DNA from: Vulcanimicrobiota bacterium
GTDB lineage: Bacteria > Vulcanimicrobiota > Vulcanimicrobiia > Vulcanimicrobiales > Vulcanimicrobiaceae
Length of the DNA: 11,622 nucleotides
Direction of reading: 5' to 3'
Assembly (NCBI GenBank): GCA_003133025.1
Contig: PKZK01000264.1
Coordinates: 15,553 to 27,174 of the forward strand
The notes beneath the pieces are model-generated. The model was not told where the DNA came from. It saw only the letters and a list, made by a program, of their open reading frames with translations, and did not search any database. The translations under genes were made by a program, and so were the position numbers. This document shows positions 1 through 7,169 of the stretch, in pieces (within the stretch, counting starts at the first letter, position 1; the number at the start of each line of letters is the position of its first letter).

Positions 1-773
1 TCGCGCAACTCGATCCGGCCGCCGAGCACCCAGGCGGCGAAGAGCACGTCGTAACCATGCGTGATGCGTTGGTACGGTCCGCGATGCCGGAAGACGGCAT
101 AACGCCCGCCCGGCACCGTCGCGTCGCGCAAGCCGTCGGCTCGTGCGCCGGCGACATCCGCGCCCGGCACGAGCGTGAGGCAGCCGGCGAAGCGCAGCGT
201 CTCGTGCTCGTCGAGATCGGGCGAACCCGACGAGACGCCGAACACCTCGGCGCCGGGAAGAAAACCGCGTTGCAGCGCGACGCGATAGAGCCGGAGCATC
301 ACCGGATCGAGTTCGTCGTATGGTCCGCTGTGATGCAGGGCCAGCGCCTCGCGCGGCTGGTACGTCTCGATGCGCGGCTCGGGAATGTCGTTCGCCGCAG
401 GTAGACTCGCGGCGGGCACGAGCGGTAGCGCCGTGCGGGCGCTGCGAAAGGCGCTCGGGCTCATCTCGAACGCGCGCGCAAACGCTCGACCGAACGCGCT
501 CGGCGAATCGTAGCCGCAGCGCAGCGCGATCTCGATGATCGGCGCGTTGCCGTGACGCAGCTCGTGCGCGGCGCGCTGCATGCGGTGGCGCACGATGTAC
601 GCGTTGAGGTTTTCACCGAATGCGAGACGGAAGATGCGGTGAAAGTGAAAGGGCGAGAAAGCGGCGACCCCGGCGATGCCTTCGAGCGTCAAGCGTTCGT
701 CCAAGTGGGCGCGGACGTACATGCCCGCACTCGCCAGGCGGCTCTCCACGCTCGGGTTCTCCATGACCAGCAT
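1..773 (-). CDS. AraC-family transcriptional regulator with C-terminal GyrI-like small-molecule-binding domain (3' end runs off the window)
   Basis: Absent from the ORF track because there is no stop in the window. Manual translation from ATG 773 (alternative ATG 764): MLVMENPSVESRLASAGMYVRAHLDERLTLEGIAGVAAFSPFHFHRIFRLAFGENLNAYIVRHRMQRAAHELRHGNAPIIEIALRCGYDSPSAFGRAFARAFEMSPSAFR (double AraC HTH). It is followed by ...LALHHSGPYDEL...LRFAGCL...VPGGRYAVFRHRGPYQRITHGYDVLFAAWV, with the duplicated HxGPY motifs of GyrI-like domains. Confidence 0.92.
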   Translation of the reverse strand, partial: MLVMENPSVESRLASAGMYVRAHLDERLTLEGIAGVAAFSPFHFHRIFRLAFGENLNAYIVRHRMQRAAHELRHGNAPIIEIALRCGYDSPSAFGRAFARAFEMSPSAFRSARTALPLVPAASLPAANDIPEPRIETYQPREALALHHSGPYDELDPVMLRLYRVALQRGFLPGAEVFGVSSGSPDLDEHETLRFAGCLTLVPGADVAGARADGLRDATVPGGRYAVFRHRGPYQRITHGYDVLFAAWVLGGRIELR

Positions 774-779
774 GCTTCG

Positions 780-785
780 AGCATA
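780..785 (-). promoter_or_regulatory. Putative -10 box (TATGCT) for a leaderless AraC/GyrI transcript
   Basis: The minus strand reads TATGCT-cgaagc-ATG(773), a TANNNT hexamer 6 nt before the start. The same spacing occurs at 8534 and 11379. Confidence 0.55.
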
Positions 786-821
786 GCCGGTCGCCTCCGT
801 GCGGGCTCTGCCGATCTTGCC

Positions 822-1508
822 TCAGTCGATGCGCGCGGTGTAGCCCACCCGACGAATCGTGCGGATCAGCGGTTTGGCGCCGCGGTCGCCGAGTTTGCCG
901 CGCAGATACGAGACGTACGTCTCGACGATGTTGGGTTCCACCGCCGTGTCGCTGCCCCAGACGGCGTCGAGCAGTTGCCGCCTGGTGAAGACGCGTCCCG
1001 GCTCGCGCAAGAGCGTGGCGAGCAGGTCGAACTCGCGCGCCGTCAGCGCGATCGGCCCGAGCGACGTCTCGACTTCGCGCGTCGCGACGTCCATCACCAC
1101 GTCGCCGTACGCGATGACGTCGCGCCGGGCCAGGTGCGGCCGGCGCAGTTGCGCGCGCAGGCGCGCCGCGATCTCGGCGAGATCGAACGGTTTGCCGACA
1201 TAATCTTCGGCGCCGGCCAGCAGTCCGGCGATCTTGTCCTGCGCGTCCGAGCGCGCTGAGAGCATCACGATCGGCGACTCGGTCAAGCGACGGATGAGCG
1301 GCAAGAGCGAGATGCCGTCGATCTTGGGCATCATGACGTCGAGCACGATGATGTCGGGCTTCATCGTTTTCAGCAGCGCCAGCGCTTCGACGCCGCCCGG
1401 CGCCGAGGTGACGATGAAGCCGTGTTGCGTCAGCCCGATCTCGAGCATGTCGCGCATGTTCCGCTCGTCGTCGACGACGAGCACGGTCGAACTACCGAGC
1501 GAGCGCAT
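822..1508 (-). CDS. OmpR/PhoB-family DNA-binding response regulator (MprA/TcrX-like), system 1
   Basis: Receiver motifs VLVVDDE, IIVLDVMMP (phospho-Asp), MLSA and DYVGKPF; winged helix LTAREFDLL...VWG...NIVETYVSYLRGKL...IRTIRRVGY. Start ATG 1508 is preferred over 1520: GAGGA lies 5 nt upstream and MRSLG matches the paralog's MESLG. Overlaps the kinase end by 17 nt. Confidence 0.95.
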   Translation of the reverse strand: MRSLGSSTVLVVDDERNMRDMLEIGLTQHGFIVTSAPGGVEALALLKTMKPDIIVLDVMMPKIDGISLLPLIRRLTESPIVMLSARSDAQDKIAGLLAGAEDYVGKPFDLAEIAARLRAQLRRPHLARRDVIAYGDVVMDVATREVETSLGPIALTAREFDLLATLLREPGRVFTRRQLLDAVWGSDTAVEPNIVETYVSYLRGKLGDRGAKPLIRTIRRVGYTARID

Positions 1509-2796
1509 GAACTTCCTCATCGGCTAAGGGGAACGTCAGCGTGAAGACCGTTCGGCCCGGCACCGACTCGAGGCGCACCTCGCCGCCCCAACGTTCGGTC
1601 ACGCCCTTCACGATCGCCAAGCCGAGGCCGAGGCCTTCGGTCTCGGAGCGATCCCGGCCGCGATAAAAGCGTTCGAAGATCCTTTCGCGCTCGTCGGCTG
1701 CCACGCCCGGCCCGCGGTCGCTCACCGAGATCGACGTGCGCCCCTCGTGGGCGGAGACGGCGATCGCCACCTCCGTGCCGGGCGCGTACTTCAGGGCGTT
1801 CTCGACGAGGTTCCCGAGCGCATCGGCGAAGTCGTCGGCGTCGATGACGATGCTGCCGGCGTCCGTCGCGAGCAGCGAGATCGTGCGTTCCGGATACCGG
1901 CGGCGCATGGTTTCGAGAGACGCTTGCGCGGCGCCGGCCACGTCGAGCAGGCGGGGCACGCCGGCCGGCGATTCGAGACGGGCCAGCGTCAGCATCTTGG
2001 CCACGAGCACGCGCATGCGCGCCGTCTCCGCGCGCAGACCCTCGACGATCCGCTCGTCGAACGCCTGCACGCCGCCGCGGCTCGCGCGCAGGATGTCGAC
2101 GTAGCCGCTGACGATGGTGAGCGGCGTGCGCAACTCGTGAGCGGTTTCGGCGAGGAAGCGCTGGTAGCGCTCTGCCGCTTCACGGCGCTCTTCACTCTTT
2201 GCTTCGAGCAGCCGGCGTTCCGCACGGACGTGGCCGGCGGCGCGCGCCGCTGCGATACCGGCGAGCGCGATCACGCCGAGAACGACGGCTGCGGCATCGC
2301 ACGCCAACCACAGGCCCAGCGAGTCTGTGTCGGGGCTGACGGTGATCGTGAGGATGTCGCCCTCGACGTGCGCGGGCGCGATGTGCGCGAGCGCGCCCGC
2401 GACCGAGGCAACGAAGGAGTGCGGCTGCTGCGCGTTGCCCGGCCCGGGCAGCCCGATTCCGGGCGCGGGTAGTCCGTTGCCGGCACCGGGAGGTCCGCCG
2501 GGTGGGGCGCCTTCGGGCCCGGGTGGCAGGGCACGCGAGAGGTACGTACCGTTGCGCGCCTCGATCAACCGTCCGGCGTCTTCGTCGAAGACGACGACGC
2601 TCAAGCCGGGGCGCCACAGCGAGCGTGCCGTCTTCTCGTCGAACGGAGCGCTCGCATCGATCAGGACGCGCGCGAGTTGGCCCTGTTGCACAACCGCGTC
2701 CGCCACGGCGCGCACGCGAACGAGCCACGTGCAGATTCCGGCTGCGACCGTCAGCGCGATCGCAAGCGCAGCAGTCGCGGCGACTCGGCGGGCCAT
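1492..2796 (-). CDS. Membrane sensor histidine kinase (HisKA + HATPase_c, no evident HAMP), system 1
   Basis: Two hydrophobic segments (about aa 5-26 and 161-185). H box AHELRTPLT, N box NLVENALKY, G1 DRGPG, F box IFERFYR, G2 GLGLGLAI. Confidence 0.95.
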   Translation of the reverse strand: MARRVAATAALAIALTVAAGICTWLVRVRAVADAVVQQGQLARVLIDASAPFDEKTARSLWRPGLSVVVFDEDAGRLIEARNGTYLSRALPPGPEGAPPGGPPGAGNGLPAPGIGLPGPGNAQQPHSFVASVAGALAHIAPAHVEGDILTITVSPDTDSLGLWLACDAAAVVLGVIALAGIAAARAAGHVRAERRLLEAKSEERREAAERYQRFLAETAHELRTPLTIVSGYVDILRASRGGVQAFDERIVEGLRAETARMRVLVAKMLTLARLESPAGVPRLLDVAGAAQASLETMRRRYPERTISLLATDAGSIVIDADDFADALGNLVENALKYAPGTEVAIAVSAHEGRTSISVSDRGPGVAADERERIFERFYRGRDRSETEGLGLGLAIVKGVTERWGGEVRLESVPGRTVFTLTFPLADEEVHALAR

Positions 2797-2806
2797 AATG
2801 CCAGCT

Positions 2807-2839
2807 AGCGTATGCGGGCAACCTTAACCGGGCCTGTGA
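2807..2839 (-). promoter_or_regulatory. Candidate promoter of the system 1 operon: TCACAG-N5-GTTAAG direct repeat, then -10-like TACGCT
   Basis: The minus strand reads TCACAG(2839-2834) gcccg GTTAAG(2828-2823), 10 nt, TACGCT(2812-2807), 10 nt, ATG(2796). The half-sites are degenerate. Confidence 0.35.
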
Positions 2840-2897
2840 AGCCGCGGCGAGCTTGCTTCCTGCAACCGGCGAGGCTGCGGCCGGAGTTGAGCCGGGC

Positions 2898-3911
2898 GTG
2901 AAGATGCAAGCAGTTTCCGTCGCCCAGGCCGGCGCAGCCCTCTCGGTCTCGGAGATCGAGCGCCCCGAGCCCCCTGCGGGCCACGTTCGCGTGCGGGTTC
3001 ACGCCTGCGGGATCTGCCACAGCGACATGTTTACGGTCAATGCGGCCTATCCGGGCATCGCCTTGCCGCGCGTTCCCGGGCACGAAATCGCCGGCGTGAT
3101 CGACGCGACGGGCCCCGGCGTGACCACCTGGAAGGCCGGCGAACGCGTGGGCGTCGGCTGGTTCGGCGGCTCCGACGGCACCTGCGATTCGTGCCGGCGC
3201 GGCGACTTCATCACTTGCCGGAACGGCAAGGTGTCGGGCATCTCGTTCGACGGCGGCTACGCGCAGTACACGGTCGTTCCCGCCGACGCTCTCGCGCGGC
3301 TACCCGATGCGCTCTCGTTCGAAGAAGCCGCGCCGCTGCTCTGCGCGGGCGTGACAACGTTCAATAGTCTGCGTCATTCGGGCGCGACGGCCGGCGAACT
3401 CGTTGCGATTCTCGGCATCGGCGGCTTGGGACATCTGGGCGTGCAATACGCGTCCAAGATGGGCTTCCGGACGGTGGCCATCGCCCGCGGCCGCGATAAG
3501 GAAGCCTTGTCGCGCGAGTTGGGCGCCGCGCACTACATCGACAGTTCCGCGCAGGACGTCGCGGCCGAACTCACCGCGCTCGGCGGCGCGAAAGTGGTGC
3601 TGGCCACGGTGACGAACGGCGCCGCGATGGCGGCCACGCTCGGCGGCCTCGGCATCGACGGGAAGCTGATCATCCTCGGCGCGCCCTTCGATCCGCTGCC
3701 GGTTCCCGCGTTCGCGCTCATCGGTGGGCGCAAATCGATCGCGGGCTGGCCCTCCGGCACGTCGATCGACTCCGAGGACACGCTCAATTTCAGCGCGCAG
3801 ACGGGCATTCGGCCGATGATCGAAACGCTTCCGCTCGAGCGCGCGCAAGAAGGCTACGAACGCATGATGTCGGGTGCGGCGCGCTTTCGGGTCGTGTTGA
3901 CGATCTCCTAA
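2898..3911 (+). CDS. Zinc-dependent alcohol dehydrogenase (MDR superfamily, AdhP/CAD-like)
   Basis: CGICHSD (catalytic Cys), PRVPGHEIAG, structural-Zn lobe DGTCDSCRRGDFITC, LLCAGVTT and Rossmann GIGGLG. Start is probably GTG 2898 or ATG 2904 rather than TTG 2853. Confidence 0.95.
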   Translation: MKMQAVSVAQAGAALSVSEIERPEPPAGHVRVRVHACGICHSDMFTVNAAYPGIALPRVPGHEIAGVIDATGPGVTTWKAGERVGVGWFGGSDGTCDSCRRGDFITCRNGKVSGISFDGGYAQYTVVPADALARLPDALSFEEAAPLLCAGVTTFNSLRHSGATAGELVAILGIGGLGHLGVQYASKMGFRTVAIARGRDKEALSRELGAAHYIDSSAQDVAAELTALGGAKVVLATVTNGAAMAATLGGLGIDGKLIILGAPFDPLPVPAFALIGGRKSIAGWPSGTSIDSEDTLNFSAQTGIRPMIETLPLERAQEGYERMMSGAARFRVVLTIS

Positions 3912-3931
3912 CGCAGAACGCGCTTAGGAGA
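3904..3931. terminator. Hairpin joining the convergent adh and RND stop codons (possible bidirectional terminator)
   Basis: TCTCCTAA(3904-3911) and TTAGGAGA(3924-3931) form a perfect 8-bp inverted repeat, extended inward by CGC/GCG with a 1-nt bulge. There is no U tract. Confidence 0.4.
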
Positions 3932-6900
3932 CACCCGCGGGCGCGGGGCGCAAATCACCGTCGAGGTGCGGCGGAGCCAGCGGCTCGTCGTCGCTCTTGG
4001 CGTTCGGCGTGACCTGCTTCGGCGCCATCCAGACGTACGCGTTGGGCACGAGCAGCATGGTCAGGATCAGCGAGCTGAGCACGCCGCCGATCACGACGAT
4101 GCCCAAGCTCGCGCGCGAACTCGAGCCCGGTTCGAGCGCGAGCGCGAGCGGCAGATTGCCGGCCATGACCGAGACGCTGGTCATCACGATCGGGCGGAAT
4201 CGCGTGTGCGCGCTTTCTTTGATCGCGGCGATCTTGTCGTAGCCGCGTCCGCGCAACGTGTTCGCATAGTCGACGAGCAGGATGCCGTTCTTGGTGGCGA
4301 TGCCGATCAGCAAGATGATGCCGATCAGCGAGAACAGGTTGAGCGTCTTGTGCGTCAAGAACAACGCGCCGAGCGCGCCGACCGCGGCCACCGGCACCGA
4401 GAAGAGGATGATGAACGGCGACCGGTAGCTGTTGTACAGCGCGACCATCAACAGGAAGACCAGGATGACCGACAGGACGATCGACTGGCCCAAGCCGTTG
4501 AGCGTCTGACGCATGAAGTCTTGTTGGCCGAGCGGCGCCGGACGCACCACGATGTTGGGCGGCAGTCGCAGCGTGGGGAGTTGCTTGAAGAACGCGGCTT
4601 CCACGGTCGAAAGCGACGAGCCCGCCGCGAAGTTTGCGTCGACGTGGATGACGGAATTGCGGTCGGTTCTCGTGACCAGCGGTGAGGTCGGACTGAGCTG
4701 GAAGTGCGCGATGTCGCCGAGATGCACGATGTTGCCGCTGTTGGAGCGGATCGGGATCTGCTTGATCGATTCCAGTTCGGTCTGATACTCGAGCGGATAG
4801 ATGACCTGGATTTCTTCCAGACCCTGCGGCGTTTCGAATTGCGTCACCACGTCGCCGCCGAAGGCCGCGCCCGCGGCATTGGCCGCGCTGCCCAAGTCCA
4901 CGTCGAGCGCCTGCGCCTTGGCCCGGTCGAAGAGCACGGAGACCTGCGGAGCGAGATCGGTGCCCGAACTGTTGACGCCCGTCGCACCGGGCGTCTTGCG
5001 CAAGAGATCGAGCACTTTGACCGCGGCCGCGGTCGGGTCGCCGCCGACGATGTCGGCCACCAACAGGTCGATCGGCTGGGAGTTGCCGCCCGTCGACGAC
5101 GTGGAGGGAACCACGAAGGTCTGCGCGTTGGGCAGTTCCTTGTGCGCCAAGTCGCGCAATTGCTCGACCCAATAGTCGGTGCTGTGCTTGCGCCCATCTT
5201 TGAGGAAGATCGTGACCTGCCCGACGTTGCCCAGCAACACGTAGCCGCCGAAGCCGGCCGAATAGCCGCCCGCGCTCGTAACGTCGGCATCGACGTCGGA
5301 GAGCTTGTCGACCTTCCGTTCCAGCTTGAAAACGTCGTCGCGCACCTTGGTCAGCGGCGTGCCCACGGGATAGGTCACCTGGACGTAGATTTGGCCGCGG
5401 TCGGTCGCCGGCAGAAACTCTTCGCCGATGATGCCCAGCGGCACCAGCGCGATCGAGCCGAAGAACGACACGGCGCAGATGAGCGCCACGAGTGCGCCGT
5501 TGCGCATCGCCCAGGGCAGAACGTATTGGGAATAGACGTCGCGCGTCTTATCGAAGCCCGCGGTGAACCAGTTGACGATGGGCCACGGCTTCCACGTCGA
5601 TTTGAGCGCCCAGAGGCCGGCCAGCGTCGGCGTGATCGTGAACGACACGAACAGCGAGGTCAACGTCGAGATGACCACGACGACGGCGAATTCGTTGAGG
5701 TTGCGGCCGACTTGACCCTGGATGAACGCGATCGGGAAGAAGACGACCACGTCGACGAGGGTAATGACGATCGCCGCCGCGCCGATCTCCTCACGGCCTT
5801 TGACGGCCGCCTCCGCGGGCGGCTCGCCGAGTTCGGCGTGGTGGCGCTCGATGTTCTCCAGAACCACGGTGGAGTCGTCGACGAGGATGCCGATCACCAG
5901 CGACATCGCGAGCAGCGAGATCGTGTCGAGCGTCAGCCCGAGCAACTTCATCGAGGTCAACGCGATCGCGAGCGACGTCGGAATCGAGACGCAGACGACC
6001 AGCGCGTTGCGCCACGAGCGCAGGAAGAAGACCATGGCCAAGCCGGTGAGCAGGATGCTCTCGAGCAGCGTCCGGGTTACCAGATCGATCTGCTGCTGCG
6101 TGAACTTCGACTGCGTGTTGATGACTTGGAATTCGATTTCGGGAAACTGCCGTTTGAGGGCCGGCAGTTGCGCGAGGACGTTCTCCGAAGCCACGACCTC
6201 GCTCGCGTCGGAGGCCTTCTGCACGCTGATGAACAGCCCGGGTTTGCCGTTGATCTGCGCGATGCGCCGGACGGGTTCGTAGCCTGCGACGACGTGAGCC
6301 ACGTCCTGCACGCGATGCAAGGCGTTGCTCGCCGACCACGGGTTGATGTTGCCGGGCAGCGCAGACACGCCGCCGAAGGGCGCGTTGACCTGCCCTGCGG
6401 TGAGTCCGGTCGTCGTCGGGCTCGTGGGCGGCGCGATGGGCAGGCGCGCGACGGAGTTGACGTCGGTGACGTCGCCGCGCACGTCGATCGTGGTTTCGCG
6501 ATCGGGTTCGTACGCGATGCCGCCGGGCACGCGGTTGTTCTGGGTCGAGACCGCGCCGATCACGTCGGTCAGCGTCAAGCCCTGCGAGAGCAGCCGGAAC
6601 GGATCGACCTCGACCTCGTACGCCGGGGTGACGTCGCCGATGACGTTGGCGAACGAAACGCCGGGAATCTGCTGAATGCGCGGCGCGATCGTGTTGTCGA
6701 CGTAGAGCGAGAGTTGGCCCGGCGAGAGTTTTTTCGACGAGAGCGCGAGCGTGATGACGACGGATTCGCTCGGGTCGTTGATGGCCACCGTCGGCGCCGT
6801 CAGGTTCGTCGGTAACTCTTTGGACGCGTTCTGCACGGCCTTCTGCGTGAGCGTCAAGTCGGTGGCGATGTCGGAACCGAGCGAGTAGACCGCGGAGATC

Positions 6901-7169
6901 GTGGCCCGGCCCTGCTGCACGACCGAATTGATGGTCTGCAGATCTGTCGAGCCCGACAGGTTCTGCTCGATGGGCGAGACGATGTTGTCGCGCATGACCG
7001 AGACCGACGCGCCGTTATCCACCACCGTGATCGAGATCGTGGGCTGGGTCACGTTCGGGTAGAGTTGCTTGACGATCGTGACCGTCGAGATGATGCCGCC
7101 GAAGAGCATCAAGGAGACCAGCACGAAGACGAGCGTGGGCCGCTTGATGAAGAGCCTGGTCAGGCTCAT
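3924..7169 (-). CDS. RND efflux transporter permease subunit (AcrB/AcrD/AcrF family)
   Basis: 1081 aa. N-terminal FIKRP then TM1 and two large periplasmic loops. Intact proton-relay motifs GILVDDSTVVLEN (AcrB D407/D408 equivalents), GIATKNGILLVDY (K940) and RFRPIVMTS (R971/T978). ATGA overlap with the adaptor gene. Confidence 0.97.
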   Translation of the reverse strand: MSLTRLFIKRPTLVFVLVSLMLFGGIISTVTIVKQLYPNVTQPTISITVVDNGASVSVMRDNIVSPIEQNLSGSTDLQTINSVVQQGRATISAVYSLGSDIATDLTLTQKAVQNASKELPTNLTAPTVAINDPSESVVITLALSSKKLSPGQLSLYVDNTIAPRIQQIPGVSFANVIGDVTPAYEVEVDPFRLLSQGLTLTDVIGAVSTQNNRVPGGIAYEPDRETTIDVRGDVTDVNSVARLPIAPPTSPTTTGLTAGQVNAPFGGVSALPGNINPWSASNALHRVQDVAHVVAGYEPVRRIAQINGKPGLFISVQKASDASEVVASENVLAQLPALKRQFPEIEFQVINTQSKFTQQQIDLVTRTLLESILLTGLAMVFFLRSWRNALVVCVSIPTSLAIALTSMKLLGLTLDTISLLAMSLVIGILVDDSTVVLENIERHHAELGEPPAEAAVKGREEIGAAAIVITLVDVVVFFPIAFIQGQVGRNLNEFAVVVVISTLTSLFVSFTITPTLAGLWALKSTWKPWPIVNWFTAGFDKTRDVYSQYVLPWAMRNGALVALICAVSFFGSIALVPLGIIGEEFLPATDRGQIYVQVTYPVGTPLTKVRDDVFKLERKVDKLSDVDADVTSAGGYSAGFGGYVLLGNVGQVTIFLKDGRKHSTDYWVEQLRDLAHKELPNAQTFVVPSTSSTGGNSQPIDLLVADIVGGDPTAAAVKVLDLLRKTPGATGVNSSGTDLAPQVSVLFDRAKAQALDVDLGSAANAAGAAFGGDVVTQFETPQGLEEIQVIYPLEYQTELESIKQIPIRSNSGNIVHLGDIAHFQLSPTSPLVTRTDRNSVIHVDANFAAGSSLSTVEAAFFKQLPTLRLPPNIVVRPAPLGQQDFMRQTLNGLGQSIVLSVILVFLLMVALYNSYRSPFIILFSVPVAAVGALGALFLTHKTLNLFSLIGIILLIGIATKNGILLVDYANTLRGRGYDKIAAIKESAHTRFRPIVMTSVSVMAGNLPLALALEPGSSSRASLGIVVIGGVLSSLILTMLLVPNAYVWMAPKQVTPNAKSDDEPLAPPHLDGDLRPAPAGVS

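Noticed and set aside
689..798. GGAGG (798-794) followed 9 nt later by an out-of-frame ATG (784) opening a 31-codon Trp-rich ORF over the AraC start; also an ATGCT-tcg-AGCAT dyad at 772-784
   Set aside because: The Trp codons arise from reading CTG-G/GTG-G/ATG-G codons off frame, the ATG lies inside the putative -10 box, and no attenuator structure is evident. The 5-bp dyad is too short to support alone.
3955..5172. 405-aa Arg/Ala-rich same-strand alternative-frame ORF inside the RND gene (similarly 2192-2821 and 5791-6339)
   Set aside because: The composition is typical of off-frame translation of GC-rich codons. The main frame is uninterrupted, so no frameshift needs to be invoked.
4704..6815. 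703-aa plus-strand ORF and other long antisense ORFs (57-404, 552-1259, 1747-2472, 3966-4685, 7205-8458, 8606-9325)
   Set aside because: They lie opposite well-supported genes and have no recognisable motifs. Long antisense frames are expected in high-GC coding DNA.
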